A DNA stretch of 64,000 nt from Dehalococcoidia bacterium (GTDB lineage Bacteria > Chloroflexota > Dehalococcoidia > Lucifugimonadales > UBA3495): positions 31,600 to 95,599 of the forward strand of contig DAOUIY010000043.1 of NCBI GenBank assembly GCA_034423215.1, read 5' to 3'. Numbering within the stretch: position 1 is the stretch's first letter; each line of letters begins with the position of its first letter. The notes below the pieces were generated by a model, which was not told the DNA's origin, ran no database searches, and worked only from the letters and a program-made list of their open reading frames with translations. The translations under genes and the position numbers were made by a program. Positions 54,957 through 63,579 of the stretch are shown here, piece by piece.

Positions 54957-55496
54957 TCACCCCTCCTCCCCCACCTCCGCCAGCCGCATACCCCGTTCCA
55001 CTCGCTGGCCGGGCTGGACCGCTATTCTCGCCACGACACCGCTGCGGGGGGCGGTTATAGCCAACTCCATTTTCATGGACTCCAGCAGCAATACGGTCTG
55101 GTTCCGCTCAACCCGCTGTCCTTCCTCAACCAACACCTCCAGCACTGCCCCGGGCATGGGGGCCAGTATGTCGCCCGACGCCTCGCCGGTTGCGGCGCCG
55201 CCCCGTCGCAGCGTCTCGACCTTTTCAAACACGAACAGGTCTCCGTCCAGCCACAGGTGCAGTTCCGGCCCCACCCAGGCCCAGGCAAAGGGGCAGGTTC
55301 GGCCCGCTGCGGTACGGCACAGGCCCTCCCCGGCCTGGCGCGACTCGATAGACATGGTCAGGGTGGCAGGCTGGCCCATTGACGCTCCGTCTTCCACCTC
55401 AAAGTCAAACACGCCTTCCACGTCCGCCAGTCGGTAGCGGTACGGCTCACCGGCAACCGGATATATCTGCCGCATCTGCCCGTTGCCGGAAGTCAC
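54957..55496 (-). CDS. biotin carboxyl carrier (BT + biotinyl-lipoyl domain) of acyl-CoA carboxylase
   Basis: GTG 55496 overlaps the stop of the biotin carboxylase gene (GTGA). The C-terminal APMPGAVLEVLVEEGQRVERNQTVLLLESMKMEL carries the biotinyl-Lys motif. The track ORF runs further upstream to 55820 in a shadow frame. Confidence 0.7.
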   Translation of the reverse strand: MTSGNGQMRQIYPVAGEPYRYRLADVEGVFDFEVEDGASMGQPATLTMSIESRQAGEGLCRTAAGRTCPFAWAWVGPELHLWLDGDLFVFEKVETLRRGGAATGEASGDILAPMPGAVLEVLVEEGQRVERNQTVLLLESMKMELAITAPRSGVVARIAVQPGQRVERGMRLAEVGEEG

Positions 55497-56995
55497 GGCA
55501 GCCTCCGCCGGCCGACGGACTGCCAGAGGCCGGGCGCGGGCGCGCTGTCTGCACCCGCCGGAGGGGAGGACGCAGCAACGGGTTGAGCCGCCGCCCACGC
55601 CGCTACTGCGCCGGCCAGCGTCTGCGTACCGCCGGAAAGGGCGGGCCTGGTGACCGCCGGATTCCATTCCAGGAAACCGGTGTCGTATTCGCCCTTTCGG
55701 AACTGGGGGTGCCTTACCACGTCCCTGAGCAGGGGGATGTTGGTGATGACGCCCAAAACCTGGAACTGGGAAAGGGCAACCTCCATGCGGCGCAGGCTTG
55801 CGTCCCGGTCCGGCGCCCACGCTATAAGCTTGGCCAGCATGGGGTCATAGTAAATGGACACCTCTTGCCCCTGGGCCACGCCGCTGTCCAGGCGCAGGCC
55901 AGGGCCGCTGGGGGGCTGCCATCGCAACAGCGCCCCGGTGGAGGGCGCAAAGTCGTGGTACGGGTCTTCGGCGTAGATGCGGCACTCGATGGCGTGGCCC
56001 CTGGGCCGGAGGTCTTCCTGCTTCAGCGTAAGGGGTTCGCCGCTGGCGATGCGTAACTGCCATTCCACCATGTCCAGCCCCAGGACAGCCTCGGTGACGG
56101 GATGCTCCACCTGGAGGCGGGCGTTCATTTCCAGGAAGTAGAACTCGCCGCTGTGGGGGTCCAGCAGGAACTCCACCGTTCCGGCATTGACGTATCCCGC
56201 CGCGCGGGCTACGGCCACGGCCGCCTCGCCCATGCGTTGGCGCAACTCGGGCGTAAGCGCCGGCGACGGTGTCTCTTCAACGATTTTCTGGTGGCGGCGC
56301 TGGATGCTGCACTCCCGTTCCCCCAGCTGAATGGTATGGCCCTGACCGTCGGCCAGCACCTGCACTTCCACGTGCCGGGGTTGGGCAACATAGCGTTCCA
56401 GGAACACCCGCCCGTCTCCGAAAGCCGCCAGCGCCTCCCGCCCGGCGGATTCCAGGGCATTCTCCAGGTCCTGGCGGGCATGGACCAGGCGCATACCCCG
56501 TCCACCACCCCCGGCGGCAGCCTTGACCATCAGGGGAAAGCCCCACTGTTCCGCGAACTCCCTGGCTGCGCCGTCCCCTGGCCGGCAGACGGGCGAACTG
56601 GGCACCACCGGCACGCCGGCGGCCCGGGCTATCTCCTTGGAACGCAGTTTGTCGCCCAGGGCTGCCATGCTGTCCGGAGTGGGGCCGATGAAGGTGATGC
56701 CGGCGTCGCGGCAGGCCCGGGCAAACTCGGGGTTTTCGGAAAGGAAACCATAGCCGGGGTGGACGGCCTCGGCCCCGCAGTCAAGAGCGGCCCGGATTAT
56801 GGCGGCGATGTCCAGGTAGGTCTCTTCGGCGGCGCTGCCGGGCAGGCGCACCGCCTGCTCCGACATTGCCACGTGGGGGGAGCCGGCATCCGCATCGGAA
56901 TAGACCGCAATGGGTGCGATGCCCAGGGCGCGCAGGGTCTGGCCGATGCGGACCGCAATTTCGCCTCGATTGGCTACCAGTACTTTGCTGAACAT
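55493..56995 (-). CDS. biotin carboxylase component of acyl-CoA (methylcrotonyl/propionyl-type) carboxylase
   Basis: MFSKVLVANRGEIAVRI, an ATP-grasp region, and ...EMNARLQVEHPVTE.... It ends after the BC domain plus about 50 aa. Confidence 0.9.
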   Translation of the reverse strand: MFSKVLVANRGEIAVRIGQTLRALGIAPIAVYSDADAGSPHVAMSEQAVRLPGSAAEETYLDIAAIIRAALDCGAEAVHPGYGFLSENPEFARACRDAGITFIGPTPDSMAALGDKLRSKEIARAAGVPVVPSSPVCRPGDGAAREFAEQWGFPLMVKAAAGGGGRGMRLVHARQDLENALESAGREALAAFGDGRVFLERYVAQPRHVEVQVLADGQGHTIQLGERECSIQRRHQKIVEETPSPALTPELRQRMGEAAVAVARAAGYVNAGTVEFLLDPHSGEFYFLEMNARLQVEHPVTEAVLGLDMVEWQLRIASGEPLTLKQEDLRPRGHAIECRIYAEDPYHDFAPSTGALLRWQPPSGPGLRLDSGVAQGQEVSIYYDPMLAKLIAWAPDRDASLRRMEVALSQFQVLGVITNIPLLRDVVRHPQFRKGEYDTGFLEWNPAVTRPALSGGTQTLAGAVAAWAAAQPVAASSPPAGADSAPAPGLWQSVGRRRLP

Positions 56996-57070
56996 AGGCG
57001 GGTAAGCTCGTTTTTCTTCTTTTATCCACGAAGGGCACGAAGGGACACGAAGGGAGGAGCGGGATAGTCT

Positions 57071-58687
57071 TCACATCCGAAAAACGCCCTGCCTCCGTTC
57101 CGGGAAAGGGGCGTTGAGGGAAGCGGCAATGCCCAGGCCCACCACGTCCCTGGTGTCCACCGGATCAATGATGCCGTCGTCCCACAGGCGGGCGGTGCTG
57201 TAGTAGGGGTCGCTCTCTTCCTCGTACTTTTCGAGGATGGGTTGCTGCAGGGCGTCCCTTTCCGACTGCTCCATGGTCCGGCCCTCCCGCTCCAGTTGTT
57301 GCAGCCGCACCGTCAGCAGCACCTCCGCCGCCTGCTGCCCGCCCATCACCGAAATCCGGGCGTTGGGCCAGGCCCACAGGAAGCGGGGCTGGTAGGCGCG
57401 CCCGCACATTCCGTAATTCCCCGCCCCGAAGGAACTGCCAATGATAACGGTAAACTTGGGAACGGCGGCATTGGTCACCGCCATGACCATCTTGGCGCCG
57501 TCCTTGGCGATGCCTCCCGCCTCGTACTGCTGGCCCACCATGAAGCCGGTTATGTTCTGCAGGAATAGCAGGGGAATGCCCCGCTGGCTGCACAGCTCAA
57601 TAAACTGCGTCCCCTTCAGCGCGCTCTCGGAGAAGAGGACGCCGTTGTTGGCCACCACCCCCACCGGGTAGCCCCAGATGCGGGAAAAGCCGCACACCAG
57701 GGTTTCACCGTAACCGGCCTTGAACTCGTGGAAGCGGCTGCCGTCCACAAGGCGCGCAATCACCTCGCGCACATCGTACTGCCGCCGGTTGTCGGGAGAG
57801 ACGATGCCGTAAAGCTCGGCCGGGTCATGGGCCGGCGGTTCCGGCGGGGCAACGTTGAAGGGCAGGTCGCGCCGCCTCACAAAGTTCTCGACAATGTTCC
57901 GGGTGATGGCCAGGGCATCCTCCTCGTCCGCTGCCAGGTGGTCGGCCACCCCCGACGTGCGGGTATGGACTTCCGCGCCGCCCAGCGTTTCCGGGTCCAC
58001 CTCCTCGCCGGTGGCCGCCCGTACCAGCGGCGGTCCACCCAGGAAGATGGTCCCCTGCTCCCGCACCATCACCACCTCATCGCTCATGGCCGGAATGTAC
58101 GCGCCGCCGGCGGTGCAGGACCCCATGACCACCGACACCTGGGGAATGCCCAGGGCGGACATCTGCGCCTGGTTGTAGAAGATACGGCCAAAGTGGTCGC
58201 GGTCGGGGAAGACCTCCGCCTGCAGGGGCAGAAAGGCCCCGCCCGAATCCACCAGGTAGATGCAGGGCAGGTGATTCTCCAGGGCCACTTCCTGCGCCCG
58301 CAAGTGTTTCTTGACAGTGATGGGGTAGTAGGTTCCGCCCTTGACCGTGGCGTCATTGGCGACAATCACCACCTCTTTCCCATGCACCACGCCCACGCCG
58401 GTAACCAGGCCGGCGGAGGCCACCTCCCCTTCGTACATGTCCCAAGCCGCCAGGGGGCTAAGTTCCAGGAAGGGTGTATTGGCGTCCACCAGGGCGGCAA
58501 TACGCTCCCGGGCCAACAGCTTGCCCCGGCTGCGGTGCAGGTCCACCGTCCGCTGTCCTCCGCCCGCCCGGGCCAGACCCAGCCGGTCCTTCAACGCTGC
58601 TACCAGGGCCTCCATGCGGGCCCGGTTGGCGGCGAAGTTGGGGTCAAGGGACTGCAGGTTGCCAATGCTGGAGCCGATTACGTCCAT
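57071..58687 (-). CDS. acyl-CoA carboxylase carboxyltransferase (beta) subunit, MccB/PccB-like
   Basis: ATG 58687 (the track ORF extends to 58708). ...[17 protein letters not shown]..., [26 protein letters not shown] and [16 protein letters not shown]. Confidence 0.9.
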   Translation of the reverse strand: MDVIGSSIGNLQSLDPNFAANRARMEALVAALKDRLGLARAGGGQRTVDLHRSRGKLLARERIAALVDANTPFLELSPLAAWDMYEGEVASAGLVTGVGVVHGKEVVIVANDATVKGGTYYPITVKKHLRAQEVALENHLPCIYLVDSGGAFLPLQAEVFPDRDHFGRIFYNQAQMSALGIPQVSVVMGSCTAGGAYIPAMSDEVVMVREQGTIFLGGPPLVRAATGEEVDPETLGGAEVHTRTSGVADHLAADEEDALAITRNIVENFVRRRDLPFNVAPPEPPAHDPAELYGIVSPDNRRQYDVREVIARLVDGSRFHEFKAGYGETLVCGFSRIWGYPVGVVANNGVLFSESALKGTQFIELCSQRGIPLLFLQNITGFMVGQQYEAGGIAKDGAKMVMAVTNAAVPKFTVIIGSSFGAGNYGMCGRAYQPRFLWAWPNARISVMGGQQAAEVLLTVRLQQLEREGRTMEQSERDALQQPILEKYEEESDPYYSTARLWDDGIIDPVDTRDVVGLGIAASLNAPFPERRQGVFRM

Positions 58688-58893
58688 GCTGCTGCCAAAA
58701 GCCTCCAAAGACGGGCGCTATCGGGAAAGGTTACCATCGCCCTGGCCACATTATAGCCTGCTTATCCCCGGCCTTTATCCAGGGAAGCAAGAGGGCTCCC
58801 AATACCAGGCCTTAGCACGCCTTAGACCACGCCATACCACGCCTTATACCGGGCCTTAGCAGGGATTTGGGGCCTAAAGTTCTATCCCCTGAG

Positions 58894-59157
58894 TTCTGGC
58901 CTGCGCCAGAATGACGGGTTTCGGCCAACCTTCCTGGATTCTGGCCTGCGCCAGAATGACGGGTTTCGGCCAACCTTCCTGGATTCCGGCCTGCGCCAGA
59001 ATGACGGGTTTCGGCCAACCTTCCTGGATTCCGGCCTGCGCCAGAATGACGGGTTTCGGCCAACCTTCCTGGATTCTGGCCTGCGCCAGAATGACGGGTT
59101 TCGACAGTTGCCCCTGAGTTCTGGCCCCTGGATTCTGGCCTGCGCCAGAATGACGGG
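58894..59157. repeat. 45-bp tandem array (about 5.5 copies) of a hairpin REP
   Basis: Unit CTGGCCTGCGCCAGAATGACGGGTTTCGGCCAACCTTCCTGGATT. Each copy has the TTCTGGC-CTGC-GCCAGAA palindrome. This is the same module as inside the 186-bp MITE. Confidence 0.9.
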
Positions 59158-59170
59158 TGTGGTCAAACTC

Positions 59171-61552
59171 CTAGTCGTCTGCCGCACCGGTGGCGGCGGG
59201 GCTGGCTGCGGTTTCGCTGTCCTCCCTGGCCCCTCTCCGTGACCATCCTGCCGACAGTCCAATCACAAACCACCCCAGGGCCAGGATGCCGGCGGCGAAG
59301 ATGGTATCGCCGATGGACCTGAGCCACCGCGCCACTTCCAGCCACGGCGTCTGCAGGAACTCGGCAGACCGGGCGTACCACATTCCGTGTTCCACGCTGG
59401 CCCAGGTCTGCGCCAGGCCCACGGGCAGCAGGCTCAGCATTACCATCAGCGCCAGCCCCACGTTGATGGTCCAGAAGGCGAAGGACAGGGTCCCCGTCCG
59501 CCACTGGGAACGCACCGTCAGCAGGCGCAGGCTCAGCAGGGTCAGGCCCAGGCCCAGGTTTCCGTAAACCCCGAACAGGGCCGCATGGGCGTGTACCGCC
59601 GTGGTGTTCAGCCCCTGCATGTAGTAGAGGGCAATGGGCGGGTTGATGAGGAAGCCAAACAGCCCCGCCCCCACCAGGTTCCAGAAGGCCGACGCTATGA
59701 AGAAATAGACCGGCCACTTGTAGTGGTGAATCCACGACGTCCGGCGGGTCATCGCCAGGTTCTCGTGGGCCTCAAAGCCAATCATCACCAGGGGCATCAA
59801 CTCCAGGGCGCTGAAGGTGCCGCCGATAACCAGGATGACCGGCGACGTGCCGGTGAAGTAGAGATGGTGGAACATCCCCAGCACCCCGCCGCTGAGGTAC
59901 AGGATGGTGGTGAACAGGATGGCCATAACCGCCGACTGCACCCGGACCAGGCCCAGCCTTACGAATATCAGCGAAATCACCGCCGTGGCGAAGACCTCAA
60001 AGAAGCCCTCCACCCACAGGTGCACCACCCACCAGCGCCAGTACTCGGCGATGGCCAGGTTGGCATGCTGGCCGGGGATAAGGCCGGGCGAGTAGAAGAA
60101 GGCTATGGCCCCGATGGACAGCATGAAAATGGTCAGGAACTGCCGCCGCCGGCTGTCCCCCTTGGCCGCAATCCACGCGGGAATCAGGGGCCGAAGCATC
60201 AGCGCCAGCCACAGCAGCAGCCCCACCAGCAGGAGGGCCTGCCAGAATCGGCCCAAATCCAGGTACTCGTAGCCCTGGTGCCCGAACCAGAAGTTTATCT
60301 TGTCGCCCAGCAACTGGTGGATGGCAAAGGCCTGGCCCAGCATCGAACCGACCACCACGATAATCAGGGCCACCAGCAACAGGTTCACGCCCCACCGCTG
60401 GAATCTGGGCTCAAATCCCGCTATCAGGGGCACCAGGCACAGCCCCGTGGCCAGCCACGACGTGGCAATCCACAGCATTCCCAGTTGCACGTGCCACGTT
60501 CGCGACAGCGAGTAGGGCAGCAGTTCCGCCAGGGCGATACCGTAAAACTCCGTCCCCTCCACGCCGTAGTGGGCGGTGATGATGCCGAAGATAATCTGCG
60601 ATACCGCCAGCGCTCCCACCACCCAGAAGTACTTGTGGGTCGCCTTCATGGACGGCGTCGGCTCGGTGTTTATCATGGGGTCGGTTACCGCCGCAGTCGG
60701 CTGACTGCGCCATGTATCCCGGCTGGCCGCGAAGAACCAGGCCAGTCCCCCGATTCCGCCCAGCAGCAGCACAAAGCTTATGACGGACACAACCACCATC
60801 ACCGGCGTCGGCCCGTTGCCCACCAGGTCTTCGGGCGGCCAGTTGTGGGTGTAAGTAATGTCCCTGCCCGGCCTTTCGGTAACGCAGGCCCACGACGCCC
60901 AGAACAGGAACGCCGTAAAGGCGGCCCGCCGTTCGTCATTGGAAATCACCGCCCGGGGCATGGCGTAGCTTTCCCTGAGATGGTCCAAAGCGGGGTCGGC
61001 GCCAAAGAGTGCGATGTAATGCCCTTGCACCGCCGCTATGGCCTGCGCCCTCAGGGGTGAAATGGTGATAACGCCGGTGTCCGCATTCAGGGTATTGGTC
61101 CGCAGCTCCTCCTGAAGCCTCGCCCGCAGCGCCGCCGCCTGTTCGCCGTCCAGAATGTCGTATCGTGCGCCGTAGTCCTCCTGCGCCCAGTACTCCAGCA
61201 GCCACACCGCTTCCCGGTGTATCCAATCCGCCGTCCAGTCCGGGGCCGTGTAGGCCCCGTGGCCCCAAACCGACCCCAGCTCGTGGCCGCCAATGGATCG
61301 CCACACGTCCTGACCCTGATTGATGTCCGCCTCGGTAAAGACGATGCTCCCGTCCGACACCGCCACCGCCGAAGGCACCGGCGGGGCCATCTGGTACACC
61401 TCGCCGCCGTAGTAGAGCAGGGCGGCGAAGGAACCAACTACTATGACAATGAGACCAATCCACAGGTAGATGAGGCCCCTGGTCATGGGGATTTGCCCGG
61501 CATCGTTTTCGCCGGGCGTTAGGGATTCATCAACTGGGGGGTTGTTGTTCAT
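59171..61552 (-). CDS. norB: quinol-dependent nitric oxide reductase (qNOR, heme-copper oxidase superfamily)
   Basis: ATG 61552 has AAGGGAG upstream (track GTG 61588). One TM helix and a ~250-aa periplasmic domain (WGHGAYTAPDWTADW) precede a 12-TM core with conserved His (GHQGYEYLDLGRFWQ, HLWVEG, HHLYF, HAHAALFG). Confidence 0.85.
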   Translation of the reverse strand: MNNNPPVDESLTPGENDAGQIPMTRGLIYLWIGLIVIVVGSFAALLYYGGEVYQMAPPVPSAVAVSDGSIVFTEADINQGQDVWRSIGGHELGSVWGHGAYTAPDWTADWIHREAVWLLEYWAQEDYGARYDILDGEQAAALRARLQEELRTNTLNADTGVITISPLRAQAIAAVQGHYIALFGADPALDHLRESYAMPRAVISNDERRAAFTAFLFWASWACVTERPGRDITYTHNWPPEDLVGNGPTPVMVVVSVISFVLLLGGIGGLAWFFAASRDTWRSQPTAAVTDPMINTEPTPSMKATHKYFWVVGALAVSQIIFGIITAHYGVEGTEFYGIALAELLPYSLSRTWHVQLGMLWIATSWLATGLCLVPLIAGFEPRFQRWGVNLLLVALIIVVVGSMLGQAFAIHQLLGDKINFWFGHQGYEYLDLGRFWQALLLVGLLLWLALMLRPLIPAWIAAKGDSRRRQFLTIFMLSIGAIAFFYSPGLIPGQHANLAIAEYWRWWVVHLWVEGFFEVFATAVISLIFVRLGLVRVQSAVMAILFTTILYLSGGVLGMFHHLYFTGTSPVILVIGGTFSALELMPLVMIGFEAHENLAMTRRTSWIHHYKWPVYFFIASAFWNLVGAGLFGFLINPPIALYYMQGLNTTAVHAHAALFGVYGNLGLGLTLLSLRLLTVRSQWRTGTLSFAFWTINVGLALMVMLSLLPVGLAQTWASVEHGMWYARSAEFLQTPWLEVARWLRSIGDTIFAAGILALGWFVIGLSAGWSRRGAREDSETAASPAATGAADD

Positions 61553-61852
61553 GCGAGTCGCTCCCTTGGCCTGCCCCGGCCGGGCCACTGATTAGGACTG
61601 CTCACGCGATGCCTGGCCGTAGGTCCAGACCGTAAACGGTTAACCGTTACGATTCTAACACCGCATTGGCGGGTCAAGACCTGTATAATCCGACGGGAGA
61701 CGGTTTGGCAACCATTGACCCGGCGCTGGCAACTGGGTGGTCGGGCGGCTGAATTGGGCAGGCCGGGGCTTTAGACTGCCCGGGGAGCGCTTGATTTGAT
61801 TCCCCGGCCGGCATTCGGCAAGGGATGGGCCGGGGCCGCTATCCGGGACGGG

Positions 61853-61925
61853 CGTCATTCCTGCAAAGGCAGGAATCTCCGCTTCTGCCGGTCGAGGTAC
61901 CCGCCGGCGCGGGCGGGAAGGACGG
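61853..61925. repeat. REP unit
   Basis: GTCATTCCTGCAAAGGCAGGAAT...GGTACCCGCCGGCGCGGGCGGGAAGGAC. Confidence 0.75.
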
Positions 61926-61952
61926 ATAGGGACACGGGCCGGAAATGGGGGA

Positions 61953-63041
61953 TTGAGCGAGTTGCCAGCGATGGAATCCACGAGCATGAAGGGCAAGACC
62001 TGCCTGGTAACCGGCGGGAGCGACGGCATTGGCCTGGCCACCGCGCTGGCGCTGGCGGGCATGGGGGCGCAAACGGTAATTGTGGGCCGCAACCCGGCCA
62101 AGACGGAAGCGGCGGCGCAACGCATTGTGAGGGAGACGGGCAACGAAGAGACCCGGTACCTGCTGGCGGACCTGTCGTCGCAGCAAGAGGTGCGGAGACT
62201 GGCGGAGCAGGTGAGGGCTTGGTTGGGGCGAGAAGGGCCCCGGCTGGACGTGCTGGTGAACAACGCGGGGGCCATCTTCCTGTCGAACCGGCAGAGCGTT
62301 GACGGGATAGAGATGACCTTCGCCCTCAACCACCTGGGGTACTTTCTGCTGACCACGCTGCTGCTGGACCTGGTTGTGGGGGACCGGTTGGCGGGACGGG
62401 CTTCGGCATCGGCATCCGGTTCGGCATCCGGTCCGGCATCCGGTCCGGCATCCGGTCCGGCACCCGGTTCGGCACCCGGTTCGGCATGGGGCGCGGGCCG
62501 CATCGTCAACGTCTCGTCCAGTTCCCACTACGGGGTGGAAGAGTTGGACCTGGAGGACCTGGCCCGGCCCAAGGTAGGGGGGTTCCGGGCTTACGGCCGC
62601 TCCAAGCTGTGCAACGTCCTGTTCACCTACGAACTGGCCCGGCGGCTGGCGGGGGCAGCGGAACTAACACCCGAACTACCACCCGAACTATCAGCCGAAC
62701 AAACACCCGAACAAAGGCAGCAACAGCAACCACAATGGGGGCGCAGCGGGGTGACGGTCAACGCCGTACACCCGGGCCTGGTGCGGACGGGCATAGCCCG
62801 GAACAATGGCGTATTGGGCCGCGTTGCCAACCTGTTCATCGGCATCCGGGGCGTGAGCGTCGAGCGGGGGGCGGATACGCCCGTTTACCTGGCATCATCT
62901 CCCGAAGTTGAAGGGGTTACCGGCCGGTTTTTCGTGGACCGGCGGGACGTTCCCTCCTCGTCCCTGAGCTATGACGCAGCATTGGCAGGGGAACTGTGGG
63001 AGCTGAGCGAGCGGCTGACCGGAGGGGCTGGGGGGCTTTGA
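61953..63041 (+). CDS. SDR family oxidoreductase (retinol-dehydrogenase-like) with two low-complexity insertions
   Basis: KTCLVTGGSDGIGLA, NNAG, YGRSKLCN (YxxxK) and VTVNAVHPG. The start is uncertain (TTG 61953, ATG 61971 or ATG 61986). Confidence 0.8.
   Translation: MSELPAMESTSMKGKTCLVTGGSDGIGLATALALAGMGAQTVIVGRNPAKTEAAAQRIVRETGNEETRYLLADLSSQQEVRRLAEQVRAWLGREGPRLDVLVNNAGAIFLSNRQSVDGIEMTFALNHLGYFLLTTLLLDLVVGDRLAGRASASASGSASGPASGPASGPAPGSAPGSAWGAGRIVNVSSSSHYGVEELDLEDLARPKVGGFRAYGRSKLCNVLFTYELARRLAGAAELTPELPPELSAEQTPEQRQQQQPQWGRSGVTVNAVHPGLVRTGIARNNGVLGRVANLFIGIRGVSVERGADTPVYLASSPEVEGVTGRFFVDRRDVPSSSLSYDAALAGELWELSERLTGGAGGL
62403..62488. repeat. 12-nt coding microsatellite (GGCATCCGGTCC-like, about 7 units)
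   Basis: It encodes ASASASGSASGPASGPASGPAPGSAPGS inside the SDR gene. Confidence 0.9.
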
Positions 63042-63179
63042 TACTAAAGCAATACCAAACTGGAACCTGCGTTTTACCGTTAAGGGTGCCCCTGGGCATT
63101 CAGAAGGGCTGGGCACTCTCCTGGCCGGCGTGGCCGACAGCAACCGGTGCACCAACTGCCCCAGGGAATCCACGACTTC

Positions 63180-63488
63180 CTAGTCCACGGCTCCGCCGGG
63201 GACGTCCACCGGCCCGTCGGAGTAGGCCACCTGACCGCTGAGACAGGCGTGGGAGAATTGCCTGGGCAGGGCCCGCGGCTGGGCGCACGTGTAGGTCATC
63301 ACCTGGGTCGTGTGGACCGCGCTGGGTCTGGCGGCATTGACAACGATCACCACCATCTCGTCATCCAGGACAGCCACCAGGCCGGGACAGCCGGCCAGGG
63401 TGAATGAGCTCTGGGAATCCACCGAGACCAGATAGCGCTGGCGCCCGTAGTACCGACGGGTCTGCTCCAGCAGGTTCCCGCGTCTCAT
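63180..63488 (-). CDS. hypothetical protein (weak call)
   Basis: 102-aa ORF with GGTGG near the start. I recognise no family. It could be a shadow ORF. Confidence 0.3.
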   Translation of the reverse strand: MRRGNLLEQTRRYYGRQRYLVSVDSQSSFTLAGCPGLVAVLDDEMVVIVVNAARPSAVHTTQVMTYTCAQPRALPRQFSHACLSGQVAYSDGPVDVPGGAVD

Positions 63489-63579
63489 GAGCCACCGGAC
63501 CTTGCTGAAGTCCGAGGGAAGCCTCCCTCAGGAGTTAGATAATTGACGGACTTATGTTGCAGATATTATAGTGTTCCAC

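Noticed and set aside
55497-55820. Upstream extension of ORF 54957-55820 as the real N-terminus of the carrier protein.
   Set aside because: This part overlaps the 3' end of the biotin carboxylase gene in another frame and has Arg/Gly/Pro-rich shadow composition. The GTGA overlap at 55493-55496 gives a cleaner start.
58894-59157. Possible CRISPR array (regularly spaced palindromic repeats). The same question applies to 21919-22060.
   Set aside because: The whole 45-bp (or 37-bp) period is repeated, so there are no unique spacers. The unit is a module of a dispersed MITE/REP family. No cas genes are in the window.
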